DNA of 64,000 bases from Octopus vulgaris. Taxonomy: Eukaryota. Below, in pieces: positions 13,317 through 27,630 of this stretch; the first letter of the stretch is position 1; each line of letters starts with the position of its first letter. The position numbers were made by a program, and so were the translations under genes. Where the stretch lies: NCBI GenBank assembly GCA_951406725.2, contig OX597822.1:16306001-16370000 (forward strand), given 5' to 3'. A model generated the notes under the pieces. It saw only the letters and a program-made list of their open reading frames with translations, did not search any database and was not told the DNA's origin.

Positions 13317-14185
13317 CACATGTGTATATGCGTGTATATCTTGATGTATGTACATATCTATGCCTCAATGTATGTATATGTATGTATGCATGTATACATA
13401 CATATATATATGTTCGTCTATTTAATATTGCTAAGATAAAAAATATTTATGCCTTTCTTCGTACATTTGCCTGGTGTGTGTATTGTGTGTGTGTGTATGT
13501 GTGATCTTATTAATGCTACGTAACACCTGTACTTTCCTATTTACATTATTTATTATATGTGATGGCGTAGATTTTTATTAATAATGTCAATATCAATAAA
13601 TATTTGATTGTGAGATATAATTTAACATCTCGGTTGCAGTTACTTTAGGTTCTACTAAGCATTTTAGAAAGTATTGCTTCGCTGCTACTGTTCATACCTG
13701 ACATATATTCTTATGCCAAGTCAGTCCACACCAAAAAGTTAACACTCAAAAGCAGAAACCATTTCAGTTTGTTCCATTCAACTAAAAGACATCGCCGATG
13801 AGTGGACCACGTGATTATTATTTTGCCGACCTCCATACAGGTAATTTGAATATTTTACCCCCGAACCTCCAGGAAGATTTTGCTTGCACCAGTGTTTCAT
13901 TTATCCCTATTTTTCATTGGGTTGGACTTGATTTCCTCCCTCATTTACTCAATATGTATATTGTATTTTTGCCTGTAATTGCATATTAAACGTAAACTTT
14001 TACACCATTTTCTTAAATTCTGTGCATCGATGTATATTGAGCTTTCTCGTAAAAAGTATCCGATTAATACAATCTATAAGTAAGGAGTAATGTTTGTGCA
14101 TGTATTTCTCTGTGTGGGTGTGTGTGTGTTTGTGTGTGTATATGTGTGTTTGTGCTTGTGTGTGTGGGGGGAGGTGCATGTGTGT

Positions 14186-14582
14186 GCTGGCAGAATCGTT
14201 AGCACGGTGGACGAAATGCTAAGCGGTATTTTGTCTGCCGTTACGTACCGATTTCAAATTCGGCCGAGGTCGACTTTGCCTTTCACCCTTTCGGGGTCGA
14301 TAAATTAAGCACCAGTTACGCACTGGGATCGATATAATCGGCTTAATCTGTTTGTCTGTCCTTGTTTGTCCCCTCTGTGTTTAGCCCCTTGTGGGTAGTA
14401 AAGAAATAGGTATTTCGCCTGTTTCTACGCTCTGAGTTCCAATTCCGCCGAGGTCGACTTTGCCTGTCATCATTTCGGGATTCGCTAAATTAAGTACCAG
14501 TTGTGTGCTGGGGTCGATCTCATCGACTGCACCCCCTCCACCAAAACTTTAGGCCATGTACCTATAATACAAAAGATTTATA
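14186..14582 (+). mobile_element. SINE family B (CORE-like), internally duplicated
   Basis: CTGGCAGAATCGTTAGCA...TTCAAATTCGGCCGAGGTCGACTTTGCCTTTCA...GGGGTCGATAAATTAAGCACCAG; the B-box/core segment occurs twice. Confidence 0.8.
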
Positions 14583-15395
14583 TTCCTTTTTGTGTCTGGA
14601 TGCATATTAAGTTTTTGGCTAAATCTGTATTAGGAATAAGCAACCTTTGTACCATTATTCGTTTTATTATTCGTTTTCCTTTGCTTTTCACTCTTAAATT
14701 TTATACTTACTTTACTCAGACTTTCAATTTAGATTTATATCCACCATTTTGATATGCTGGTCCACTTTTAGAACAGAATATTTTAGAGACTAAACGTGTC
14801 GAAGTAAGCCACAATAATGCAAGATAGAAACAAAGCTACGAAAACAAAAGCCAATCCAAAGCCAAGGCGGTGTGCTTCCCATTGCTTTACTTCTTTACAC
14901 ATTTGCATCAAATTTATATATTTCTGGTTAAAAGCGCTTATCAATAAAAACGAAAAAACGAAGAAACCGGAAATGCAACGAGCATCATTTTTCACCGATC
15001 AGATGGAAGGGAGCTTTTGTTTTCACTTCTTTATTTCCAAATTGCACTGTCGTAGCTTTCTTTAACAGTTCTTCTACTCTCCATATTTTTTCTTCTATAT
15101 ATTCTATATATATATATATACATACAGAGAGAGAGGGGGGACATATATATATATATACATACATACCTGCATGCATACATACATACATATATGCATACAT
15201 ACATGCATGTATGCATGCATACCTGCATGCATAATACCTATGTATATATATACATACACACACACATACATGCTTACATACATACATACATACATATACA
15301 CATACATGCGTACATACACATACACACATACATACACACACATGCATACATATATACACACATACACACATACACACACATACACACACACACAC

Positions 15396-15426
<31 letters not shown>

Positions 15427-15749
15427 CATACATACACACACACATACACGCACATAGTTCCATACACACACATACACACTTACATACAAACACATGCGCA
15501 CATACATACATATCGTTCTGACATATATTCACTTACCTTTGCCCCGCACTTTCATATCCGAGTCCAAAATCGCATTATAACTTCTTTCCCTCATGTCCCG
15601 CTCTTTCTCTTATCCCTCATCCATTCAGATTCTATCATTTAATTATAAAGGCTTCTTTTTTACTCCACACATACATTTTTATATTTCCCTATCATTTACC
15701 ACAATATGTCGCATTATTGATTTCTTAAATCTGCAACGAAGGCAGCCAA

Positions 15750-15870
15750 GTTGCTGAGTCTTTAAAATATTTGGATTAAATGCTTAGATTTAAATTTTCC
15801 ACTTTGTCTTTCATTCCTTGGGTGTCGATAAATAATTTGTACTGGGGTTGATTTACCCCCTCTGATTTTC
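15750..15870 (+). mobile_element. SINE family B, degenerate
   Basis: ACTTTGTCTTTCATTCCTTGGGTGTCGATAAA...TACTGGGGTTGAT. Confidence 0.55.
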
Positions 15871-16928
15871 TTGAAATTGCCGATACGACTAAGGCCAAGA
15901 AGTCACGAACCTTCTAACTCTTTCACCGCGTCTCTGTGCTCATTCCAAGAAACTCAATTTACAACTTCTTCACGGATGTGAGCAATAATTTTCTGTTAAA
16001 CCCATTTTCGCATATTACTCCCATATTTTTAACATCTAATCCCATTGACATCCGACTTATGACGTAAACCCTACTATTACAGCAAATTACTGATGTTCGT
16101 ATAATGATATTATTCACGTATAACTAATTTACGCCCATCATTTTCATGGAAAGATATATGTCAGCCTCCTAATTTTACTTTTACTTCATTCAACACTTAG
16201 ACTTCCACATTCGAAGAGTGTGCAATTATAATCCAAATTGAACGGAACATTCTATTTCGAGGACTTTACCTCAATTTCTCACGAAGAACACCATTCTAAT
16301 ATGGATATGCTTTATAATAACAAATATTACATATCTGTTTCTAACAGTGATTCATTATTTTCATAATACATTTATTACTAACATTATAAAAAAATTAACA
16401 AATCTCCTCCTTTAGCAAGAAGCCATTTACCAACACATCTCAAATGTGGTCTCACAGAAGAAACGGAAGGGTTACAGTGAACGTTCGGCAGTAAAATAAC
16501 TTAGGTTATAAGCCTTAATTACTGGGGACGTGTGAAAGTTCTAAGTCTTTACTTTCTTGAACGCCGAAGACAGATGAATATGCTATCATATACGTGTGCA
16601 AAATCCTTAGAAACTTCGGCATAAGAGAGAATTTTAATACAGGATTGTTAGATTGTCGGCTTCTAAGTATATCATCTTCGAAATCGTGAGCAAAGGCACT
16701 TAATTGCACCAGTCTGATATTTAGATCGCTTTTATTGTTCAATTGCCTCGAGAAATCAGAAATATCAAAGTGGCTTTTACTGAAACATAAAAATAGACAT
16801 TAAATGAAAACTCCTAACGACGATAACCATTCAAGGATACACTCAGGAAAGATCAGCTGCTTCAAACTCAGTCAGAGACCAACTTCCAATTATAAATCTA
16901 TAAAACAAAACTGAGAAAAGAAATTGAA

Positions 16929-16979
16929 GGTGGTGCTCCAACATGGCCGCACTTCTACGAATGAAATCGATAAAATAAA

Positions 16980-16980
<1 letters not shown>
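16929..16980 (+). mobile_element. SINE family A 3' tail
   Basis: GGTGGTGCTCCAACATGGCCGCA. Confidence 0.6.
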
Positions 16981-17023
<43 letters not shown>

Positions 17024-17024
<1 letters not shown>

Positions 17025-18490
17025 CTTACAAATACTTAGGAATCCATGAATACTTAGGAATCCAAATACTTAGGAATCCATAAGACACAACACACACAAA
17101 TGAAAGAGAAAAGAAAAAGAATATTATAGACGAGTTAGATTAATACTGAAAACAGAGCTCAATGCTAAAAACAAGATAATAGGTATCAACACTTTAGCCG
17201 TCCCAGTTATAAGTTACAGCTACAATATCCTTAACTGGACACTAAATGAACTGACCAAAATAGATAGGAAAACAAGAAAAGTAATGACAGGATCTAGGAT
17301 GCATCACCCAAAATCTCACATAGAAAGGCTATAAATACAACGTATAGATGGTGGTAGAGGCCTTATACAGCTGGAAAGCTACTATAAAATAACCAGCATA
17401 GGACTGCAAAAATATCTACTTCAGAAGGAAGGAAAACTGACACAAATAGCGGCAAAACACGAGCAAAACCAAAAAACTGTTCTCAGTATTTAAGGAAGCT
17501 GACAAATACAAACAAGAAACCATACCACCTAACAAATATGAAGAAGAAGAAGATGAAGAAACAACAAAAGCTATAACACAAATGAAATCAAAACTATAAC
17601 TAGAACAGCAACAGACCATGATAAAACGATGGCAAGAAAAGCCCCTTCATGTCAAGTACTGGACTAAACTAAATGCAAAATAAATAGTCAAAGAAAAATC
17701 CCCGCAATGGTTGAGAAGCTCAGGACTCAAAGCAGAGACAGAGTGATTTTTAATTGCAGCACAAGACCAAAGCCTCCCCACCAGGAATTACCAAAAACAT
17801 GTAATGAAAAGAAATATAACAAGTAACTGCTGAATATGTGGAGATGGACAAGAAACAATAAATCATATTATCTCTGGCTGCCCAGTCCTGGCTAAGAAGG
17901 AATATATTCACAGACGCGACAGAGATGGGACCTACATAGACTGGAAGCTATGTCAACATTATGGAATAACCACAGAAAAATGATGGTATAGGCACACACC
18001 AGAAAATGTCACAGAAAACGAGAAAGCAACCATACTCTGGGATATGCCAATACACACAGACAGAGACATTAAGGCCAACAGACCAGATATAGTTGTCAGA
18101 GATCATGAAGAAAACAAATGCTTTCCAATTGATGTATCAATATCAGCAGATGAGGAGGTTTCTCTAAAAGAAATGGAGAAACTTTCAAAATACCTGGAAA
18201 TAGAGGTAACTAGATTGTGGAATCTAAAAACAGAGACAATTCCTATCATAGCAGGTTCATTAGGCACGATAAAAAAATATTCAGACAAATACATAACAAA
18301 AACACCAGGACTTACAAACACATATAACATACAGAAAATTGCATTACTAGGCACTGCACACATCCTACGCAGAACACTTTCCATACAATAACCATCAGAG
18401 CATCACAACAAATGACAGCACATACCCAAGGCACACAGAGCTGCGCTCGGTAGTGAAGTGAAATGACGTTATAAAAATAAAACTACTGAA
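17024..18490 (+). mobile_element. 5'-truncated R4/Dong-like non-LTR retrotransposon (RT C-terminus, CCHC knuckle, RLE endonuclease) in (TAA)n
   Basis: YKYLG, GGRGL, AAQDQSL, C*IC...ETINHIISGC, HRRD, LWD...NRPDIVV and IQKIALLGTAHILRR motifs with stops and frameshifts; ORF ends at 18391; (TAA)n on both flanks. Confidence 0.9.
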
Positions 18491-18492
18491 TG

Positions 18493-18549
<57 letters not shown>

Positions 18550-18660
18550 TCCAGAGTAGGCACATATTTGTGAGACAAGGTGAGAATTTATAGTACTCAA
18601 ACATCGGAGGTACAGTAATATGCAATTTTTAATATTTGTTGTTTTTCAGCTTTAATAATA

Positions 18661-18711
<51 letters not shown>

Positions 18712-18840
18712 CGTGCGTGTGTGTGGTTTGCATGTTTGTGTGTGTGCGTGTATTCTTGTCTCAATTTAAATTTTCGAAATACTACACTTTTAGTTTCCCA
18801 TTTTCTATTTAGAAACTTAAGCATATTTTCAACGTAGTTA

Positions 18841-18949
<109 letters not shown>

Positions 18950-20544
18950 CATATCTTTACCTGTTTCTGCAGATATGATTTATAATAATATACTGCACTC
19001 ACAACTAGTATTGAATTCAATATTATAGATTGTAGTTTTCCATGTTCTAGCTAATATCGACTACTTAAGACACACACAAACACCACACCACACTTACACA
19101 CACACACACCACACCACACTCACACACGCATATACACACATATGGGTGAACGCGCGCGCGTGGATGTGCACGAATATATAACTGAGATATTTAGTTCTGA
19201 TTTCGGTTTAATGAAAGGTAAATTCGAATTTGAGCTGCAAAAGTATGATTATATTTTCGAAACGAATGTTTGTACGTATACTTATAGCGAAAGAGACCAT
19301 AAACGCATTATTTATTAAAACGCAAATATTGCTGCAGATTTAATGTGCTGTGGAAACAAGGAACATCATCCGACATCGAGTAACTCGCTGTTACAAATGG
19401 AGGATATTTTTTTTCTGTTTATATATACGAATGCCATTGAAATGAATGTATTCGAAACATATATCTGTGTGTACGTGTGTGCGTGTGCGTGTGCAAATGG
19501 GAGTGTATGTGTGTGTGCGTGTGTGTGGCTGCTTTTCAGGCTGTAAGCTTATCGTGTGTATTAAGATAAGGAAAGAGAGGCTCATAAAAGGCAGTTTATC
19601 GTTCTTAAGTGAAAGAAATTGAAGAGAATGGATTCAATGATGAGAATTTTTATTGGAAATACTAAAAATGATAATTTTTCTTTGTGTGACTAAAACGTAT
19701 TTTTTATGATCATTGTCGAAATGTTCTTTATCGAACTTCAGATTTATTAAGTCTTAAAGAATCTATTTCATATTCGAACTACAAATACTGTTGAACAATG
19801 CTGCTTCCAGTTTACTTTTACAAATGCTGATACGCAACCGAGGACCAATTCCCGTCCATTGAAATATATGCATTCTAATCTATACACCATTACTTCGACC
19901 CCTCTCACGACATATTACCTCTGCATGTTTTGAGGTATAAGGAAGTCATTCTCGAGGCGTTAGTCTCATTTGTTTCCGTTTCATTTACATCGAAGAAGCT
20001 TTATAGGAATTCTAAATCGGTGCTATTAATTGCTCTATTGCTTGTTTTATTGGCAACTGAAAGATAAAAATAGAAAATAAAACTTGACCAACTTGAGTGA
20101 TGGTCGTAAAGAGATTTAAGCGGACACAGTGGTGCAATATATTCATTGATGTTGCTCTAATAATTGTTGCAATCCACGATTCCAATTCTTAAAATATACC
20201 CATGACTCTCAGATATCTATAAGCCACTGGGTTCTATGACTTGAAAGGTTAACAGAGAAATATTCTCGTCTATATAAGATACCACTAAATAGAAAAGTCT
20301 AGAGGTTCATAAATTCCGATGGTAGCAGGATTTACATTTGGCAAATATCGACGACGAAGTCCAATTTTAAGTTTTGACTGAAATCGACAGTGGGAATGAG
20401 CGCTCAACACAGTATTGAGGGATATATATATATATATGAGTAGGTGAATGAATTATCGTATGTTAATCGTCAGCATGGAAAATTGACCATGTAGGCAATC
20501 ATCGAAATGTTTGTTTGTCTTGTTGTCGAGAGAGGCTCCCTTTC

Positions 20545-20620
20545 TTTCTTGATGAGAAGATTGCATAATGCACCCTTTATTCTTTTGGAATGAAAACATG
20601 CTGCCTTCGAAACATGTGCC
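20545..20620 (+). ncRNA. Degenerate hammerhead motif
   Basis: TTGATGA-GAAG...CTTC-GAAA-CATG-TG: stem II base and palindromic stem III retained; C3 and position 17 mutated; (TA)n about 55 bp downstream. Confidence 0.4.
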
Positions 20621-20673
20621 GAGAGTAAAGGAATTTTGTTAACATCTTCGTTCGACTCCATTCTTTCATTTAT

Positions 20674-20764
<91 letters not shown>

Positions 20765-20765
<1 letters not shown>

Positions 20766-20947
20766 TAATAATATAAGGGGAAATAATTATTAATTTTAAG
20801 AACCAACAATTATTTACAGGTAGATATCGGTATGGAAATATAACCATTATCGGTAGGAACTTTATTAAAAAGCTATATGTATATATAAAGGGCAAGCAAC
20901 GGGTTGCTTAGCGACATACCGAAAAATTAGAAATAGCAGTCAAAGGC
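20765..20947 (+). mobile_element. P1-related terminal fragment
   Basis: CATACCGAAAAATTAGAAATAGCAGTCAAA resembles 12129-12155 and the reverse complement of 2377-2400 and 63587-63614. Confidence 0.55.
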
Positions 20948-21039
20948 CGCTTATTTCTATTTTCTACAAATATAACTCCACATACAACATTTATATGTAA
21001 CTCACATATGTAAAACAGAAGGAAAAAATAACGAAAACA

Positions 21040-21250
21040 AAGTCTTCGGTTAGTTACGGACCACAAAGTCGAGGTTTCTATTCCCGAGAAGAGCAAAGCA
21101 CTTCATTTCAGGTTGCTACCGTCCACTCAGCTGTAAATGAATAACTCTGCGATCCATTAACCTTCTGTTGAGAGGGAATATTGTGATCTCGGTTATTTAT
21201 ACGCCAGGAAAATCGGGTAACTGGCCCCATGAGTCTGAGGACTCAAGTCA
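21040..21250 (+). mobile_element. Old SINE (V-domain-like)
   Basis: B-box-like GGTTTCTATTCCC, then GTCCACTCAGCTGTAAATGA and GAAAATCGGGTAACTGGCCCCATGAG. Confidence 0.4.
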
Positions 21251-22553
21251 GTGATCCCCAGGGTTTTGTTAATGTTGCTATAGATGATCATGATGATGAC
21301 GATGATGAATGATGTAGCAGAAAAGTTACTAAATTGATCGAGTTGTTTAGTTTGTTGCTCTGCCAATTCTTTCTTTTGCCTACGCATCATTTCAAGATCA
21401 TACGTGTACGTCTTAATGTGGGTGAAAATCTATCACTTAATAACAGGGGATTCAACAAGCTTGCACGTACCGTTCAGTCTTTAAGGGAAAAGAAACAAAG
21501 TCAAGATTTGAGCGATGAGAACCCACAAAACAAATTGCAAAACTTGAGTAGTATTTTATCTTATTGACCCCCACACCGGTTGTAAAAATTAAATTCAGAA
21601 TGTCAAGTGACATAACAAAATAGCAAAAGATAATTTACTCATTGCTTACTAACTCTACATAACAAACTTTAATAATCATACGTTTAGGGGCAAAAAACTG
21701 TCGAATTTAGTTCACTCGAAAAAGATGAATGACACAGTCAGTCTGGCAGAATTTGAACTCAGATCTTAAAGGACCGTAGCTAAATAGCACAAAATATTTC
21801 GTTCAACGTTTGGCTGATTATTCTACTTCACTTCATTTGAACGACAGAATATTAATATCTGACCTAAGTCACATCTGAATGCCTCCGTGACCTAGTTGTC
21901 GGTCTTAAAGCGAGTGACGAATTAATTCGGTCATCAAACGATAAGGATCTCGAGAAACTTTCTCACAAAGTTCCTCCTTTAATCTTTCACTTAGAAGACT
22001 TTGCTTTGTCAAAAGCTACGGTAGAAGAAAAGAAAGACTTTTTCAGTATGAAAACCTATGGATTTGAACTTTGGAACAATATATTTGTGAAATGAACATC
22101 TAATATAGCGAAGGTAGGCACGCATATAATTTCACCTGTAATATATGTTCCACTCCTAACGTATATAGAATTACACCTTATATATCTGGTATTGATATAC
22201 TAAATAAAAGCAATTTGCCCCAGAATAATTTATAAAATATCATTACATTTCTACATCACTTAAAAAGAAATGTTCCTTGTGGGTAAGCGAAAAATCAGAA
22301 TCAAACATGGACCTGATAAGAATGAATCTTAATATCCGACTAACGTTGAAAGATAAATGGAATTCGATTTCACATACATTTATTTCTTTTTTTCCTTTTT
22401 TTTCTTCCTATATTCGTTTATATACTTTCTTCTTCTCTCCCTACATTTCTCTGTGATTCTCCCCCCCCCCCCCCCATTAATCTAATCAGAAGAATAGCCA
22501 TGATAATGATGGCGATGACAGCAATGCCGATGCTGACGATAACTAAAACGATG

Positions 22554-22554
<1 letters not shown>

Positions 22555-22625
<71 letters not shown>
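22555..22625. repeat. (TAA)n microsatellite
   Basis: Direct. Confidence 0.95.
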
Positions 22626-22629
<4 letters not shown>

Positions 22630-23101
22630 TAAAAATAATAATATAATTTTCAAATTTGTATTCTGTTCATTGCAAATCGAGCAGCATGTGTACTGCAGCA
22701 ATAATGGATCTTTAATGATGCCTTCAGGAAATCAGAGACTATAGGCACTAATGGCAGAACAGAGCAACCTTATGGCAGATGTCTTGCCATCAAATTTTCT
22801 GCTCTGACAGTCAAATACCAAGAACAAGCAGACACAGAGAGATTAACTCAGTGTTGTATCCGTTGTTTTATATGTTTTTTTTTAAGGTAAGGTAAGATTA
22901 AGAAATGTTAGAATGTAATATTATATACAATACAATCTTCATATATGAAAGTATTTTCGATCGGGAGTTGCATACGCTGATGTATGCTCACACATACCCA
23001 AATATACATACATTATAGGCATATAGTATTATACATCTTATAGAAACATATATAGTTATGTGTTTGTATGCGTGTAATTTCTAAGTTGGTTGTGCTCATT
23101 G

Positions 23102-23200
<99 letters not shown>

Positions 23201-23618
23201 TATATACATACATATATATATATATGAATATATATATATATATATCCATATATATACATATATATACATGCACACGTATGTATTTGTGATTTTTGCTTGA
23301 CAGATGTGTACGGGAGAATGTATATATACATATACACAGAATTAAATGATAGCCAGTTTGATATTTATGTGCACACATACGCACACTCATTCCCTCATAT
23401 ATGTCTACGCTGTGTATTAGTGTGTGGGCGTTATGTGTGGATGTGCGGGCCTTTGTGTGCAAGCGTGTTCCTGTATGTGTGTGTACATATGTGCCTTGGT
23501 GTGTGTGTGTGTTCTTGTCAAGTAGCTCTAGATATGCATTGATGCATTCATATGCGATTACGTTTGTGTTGATTTGAATTTACGAGTCAAAAGTAATATG
23601 AGAGAACATATCTCTGCA

Positions 23619-23698
23619 TGTTTGTGTGTGTGTGTTTGTGTGTGTGTTTGTGTGTGTTTGTGTGTGTGTGTGTTTGTGTGTGTGTGTTTGTGTGTTTG

Positions 23699-23749
<51 letters not shown>

Positions 23750-23778
23750 TTTTGTGTGTGTGTGTTTGTGTGTGCGTG
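23619..23778. repeat. (TG)n/(TTTG) microsatellite
   Basis: Direct. Confidence 0.95.
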
Positions 23779-24504
23779 CTTTAAGAAGAAAAAATGTCTG
23801 CAATGTCACATAGAAAACAACAAAGGTTAAGATTTCTTATGTAAAAGAGCTAATGACATTTACTGATTTAATCAGATCTATTGATCGATAAATAATAATT
23901 CCTCTTTTGTATGACTAGCAAACTTAATAACATGCTGAGAGGGAAACAGAAAAAATTGAAAAGAATCGAGGAAAAGGTTATATGTATTAACATATTGAAA
24001 TATATTCATTGCAACAACATACACGCAACAGGTAAGCATTGCACTATGCTTATATAGATTATATGCGATTAGTGCATGGAATAGCAGCTAGACGCTTTAA
24101 ATGATCAACATCTTATTTAGGACGATGATGATGATGCGTGCCCGTGAAGAAATGAAGTCCGTGTGCTCAGAAAATGTGTAACCTATATCATCTCGCTGAT
24201 ATGAGACTTACAGTCTCTTAAAGTTTAGATTTGTCTTAACATCTACTTTAGATAAAATTACATTCACCTAATCATTACTGAATGCAGACATCTACTTTCT
24301 GTTAAGATAATTGTCTAAGTTCAAATGTTGCCAAAATAATCATCTTGTGTCGCAATCCACCAAAATTACATAAAGACTGCTGCATCAGGTGGTGAGGTGG
24401 AACAAAATGAAGTTAGGAGTTTGCTTAAGTTTGGAGACGACCTGTTGTAATGTTGTGCTGGAATATAGAGCTTCGAATAATTTGTGCTACAATTAACAAG
24501 GTAC

Positions 24505-24561
<57 letters not shown>

Positions 24562-24574
24562 TATAGATAGATAT

Positions 24575-24607
<33 letters not shown>

Positions 24608-24612
24608 CAGAG
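24505..24612. repeat. (TAGA)n microsatellite
   Basis: Direct. Confidence 0.95.
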
Positions 24613-24644
24613 AGATATGTATATATATCAAAGTGTATATGTAT

Positions 24645-25944
24645 GTCATTATTAGTTTTATTTCAAGATTTCTTGCCAACAGAGCAAGCACCGGTTTCTA
24701 ACCTAGATCCAAATCTCCTTCATTGGAATTTCAACATCAACAACAGGGTATTTTTATTTGTTTGTATGTATGTATGTATGTATGTATGTATGTATGTATG
24801 TATGTATGTATGTATGTGTAGATTTGTATGTTGTATGTATGTATTCTCGTGCATATAGTTGCATATCTAGACACGGTCATATATATTTAAATGATTAACT
24901 TTTGGAAAGTTTTACAGATTTTTTTACAGTTCCAGTGATGGATTGGATCTGTAGTCTTCAAATTAGATTTCTCCTTTCTGGTTTTGAGAAGCCTAATTTC
25001 TCATGACTGGTATTTAGGTAGTGCGTTATATATTGTAGGGCCTAAATAATTACAAGTATAAACCTGAACTTGTAATTTGGATAGAGTAACTGCAGATTTC
25101 TCAATAGTTCAGCGTATGTATTTTCTTCTTCGCTGATCATTTTCAATGATCTTCAGCCTTAGGTCAACATCAGCTGGGCAGCTAATTTCCACAACAGTGC
25201 ACAATTTCTCTTCTTTTTCCCAAATCATTATATCAAGTATGTTGTGCTAGCATTTTATTCCACCAGAACTTTTTAATGAGTGGCTATCGCTTCTACCATA
25301 TTGTGGGATCATATTTCTTTGTTCCCGGGGTTATCCTTCTGACGGATTTCATGTTTCATCGGCAGATATGCTACCGTGATGTCTTTTTCCGACAATAGCT
25401 TATGTGGGTGATATCCTCGGTGTTAACTCCGCAAAGTCTGCATCGGTTGTCACATTTTACTGCTTTTCCTGCATTTCTATCCCTTTTGAGCATCAGGCGT
25501 TTTGTTGATATTTCCTGTTCCTGGATTGCAAGCGCATACCCTTCAAAGTGGGAGGTAGTAATACGGCTATTAGTCCATGATAGACTGCTTTGATGATCGA
25601 TGTTAACTATCATCTCGCAGCTTTCTACTTACATATCCATGCATGAGTTCTGCTCATATAGTCTCATCATGTCATCTGATGATACGTTGCGCTAGAGTCG
25701 TGCGACTTCTTTGGGCATGTATTTAAGGTTATCAGACAAGCAATGTTGCTCAAGGAGCTGCCTTCCAAGTCTTGTGATGTTATCAGCTTCATGTATGCAA
25801 ACTTTGTCATAGAATGCACTTCGACACTTGGTGGTTAAAAGATGTTCCCGAAGGGTTATGATGCGACATTCAAAGGCATTTTGGATCGATGTGAAGCTTC
25901 TTTCACCTTGTTTTCGCTTAAGGTAGAAGCGGTTTATGTCGCTC
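24645..25944 (-). mobile_element. 5'-truncated RLE-type non-LTR retrotransposon (R4-like)
   Basis: SDINRFYLKRKQGER, EGYALAIQEQEIST, RCRLCGVNTEDITHI zinc knuckle and a DIMIW endonuclease region; 3' UTR with internal (CATA)n matches 9611-10112. Confidence 0.85.
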
Positions 25945-26934
25945 TGTGTGTGTGTGTGCGTGTGCGCGTGCGTGCGTGCGTGTGTACGTGTGTAGGTGAG
26001 ATACAATTTATATAGCATTGGGAATTCTGAAAAACTTGCAAACTTTCTAAAATTAAAGCATTGTTTTTCTTTTTCAATTTTAGAATTTACAATCTTTTGA
26101 GTTTATTTAAACTTTTCGAAATTTGACAGAATGAAATGTCTCAACCAATGATTTATGCCATTAAGACGTTTGAAATTTCTTAATTACGATATGTTTTACC
26201 TCTCCTGCCAGATGAGACCATAAATAAGATGTTACTTAGCCTTCTGATGAACGAATGCAATTTAATAAAAGCCTAAAGCGAACAGGTTACTTTTTTTTTT
26301 TGCACTGAACACAAGTGAATATTTCACACTGACGCAATCTCACGCGTATAGGGGTGGGTGGGGTGGCTTGAGAGACACGATTCGGTCGACAATGGATAAA
26401 CAAGTCAGTGTCGCTCTTTACAGTGGTCAGCAGACATGATAACACAGACCAGCATTATCGTTTATTTTATTAATTCACTACTACTGTTGTTACTGCTGCT
26501 GTTGTTGTTGTTGTTAAGCACCAAGACGGATAAGGGTGATTAGGTGATGGTATAGAGCTTAGGGGCGGGAGACCCCGACCTTGGAAAAAAAATCATTGGT
26601 CTTCTTGTTGTAGCCGAGGGCTCTTCGTTGACGCCCGACACCACAGGGAGGTGGCCCTCGAAGTCGCTGGAAATGGAGATCTCCAAGTCTAAATTCTTGG
26701 ACGACTGTTGTTGCTGCTGCTACTACTACTACTCCTACTACTACCACCACCATCACCACACCATACCACCACCACCGCCAGTGCAAACACAACCGCTACC
26801 ACCACTGAATTGATATTACATCATCATCATCATTATCATCATCCTATTATCCATTTTACTTTTTACTTTCACTTCACTTCTCCTTCATACAACACATCCC
26901 TAAACCCAAGTGCTCTTCCCAAGAATGCTGCCAA

Positions 26935-27320
26935 TTAAATGCTTCCTAAGAAATTTGGTATTTGAAGCTGTACATGCCAGAATATTGCTGTCTTTGAAAT
27001 AGTCCCAAGTGCACCAATTATAAAAAAGTACCATACTCAATTTTGCAGTCATGTGGATGCGTTTCTCTTCCAATCAAGGTCTTGGTACTTTTCAATTTTC
27101 TCGTTCTTTCTCTTCAGAATACTCTGATATGTAATTGCTACGTCCATGAAGCTCCATTCTTTTGGATGCCTTCCGTAGGAGAACGATATCGGATCGGTTA
27201 TGGTGCAGCTACGCATATGTGTAGATTGACATATCCCACATGTGCTTCACCTGACCGTTCCTTGCTACTCACAAAAGCTGTTCCTCTTACCAAATGTTGG
27301 GGACATGGCACATTCGAGCC
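26935..27320 (-). mobile_element. RLE non-LTR retrotransposon endonuclease fragment
   Basis: Minus-strand DVAI, EKIEKYQDL and IIGALGTISK motifs. Confidence 0.65.
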
Positions 27321-27469
27321 CATATTTACTACACTTATTTATCATCATCATCATCATCGTTATCGTCATTCTTTTCTTTTCTTTTTTGGGGGGAACTCCT
27401 GGTGTCTTGCATGCGTAGCGGGCTTGCTGTCTGCAGCTTACCGTACCATGCTATCTGTTCTTTTCGCCC

Positions 27470-27630
27470 GTCGCTCCGTTCAGAGATCAAACTCCGCCGT
27501 GATCTACTTTACCTTTCATCTTATCGTAGTCGATAAAATAAATACCAGTTACACATTGGAGCCGATGTAATCGACTAGCTTCTCCCTAATATCTCAGGTC
27601 TTGTGCCTATAGTAAAAAGGATTATTATTA
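27470..27630 (+). mobile_element. SINE family B fragment
   Basis: TCAAACTCCGCCGTGATCTACTTTACCTTTCATC...GTCGATAAAATAAATACCAG. Confidence 0.7.

Noticed and set aside
13798-13989. WVGLDF resembling a Gypsy integrase motif
   Set aside because: A single short motif with no other integrase or LTR features
27043-27570. 175-aa ORF
   Set aside because: It is antisense to an RLE retrotransposon fragment and runs through (CAT)n and a SINE
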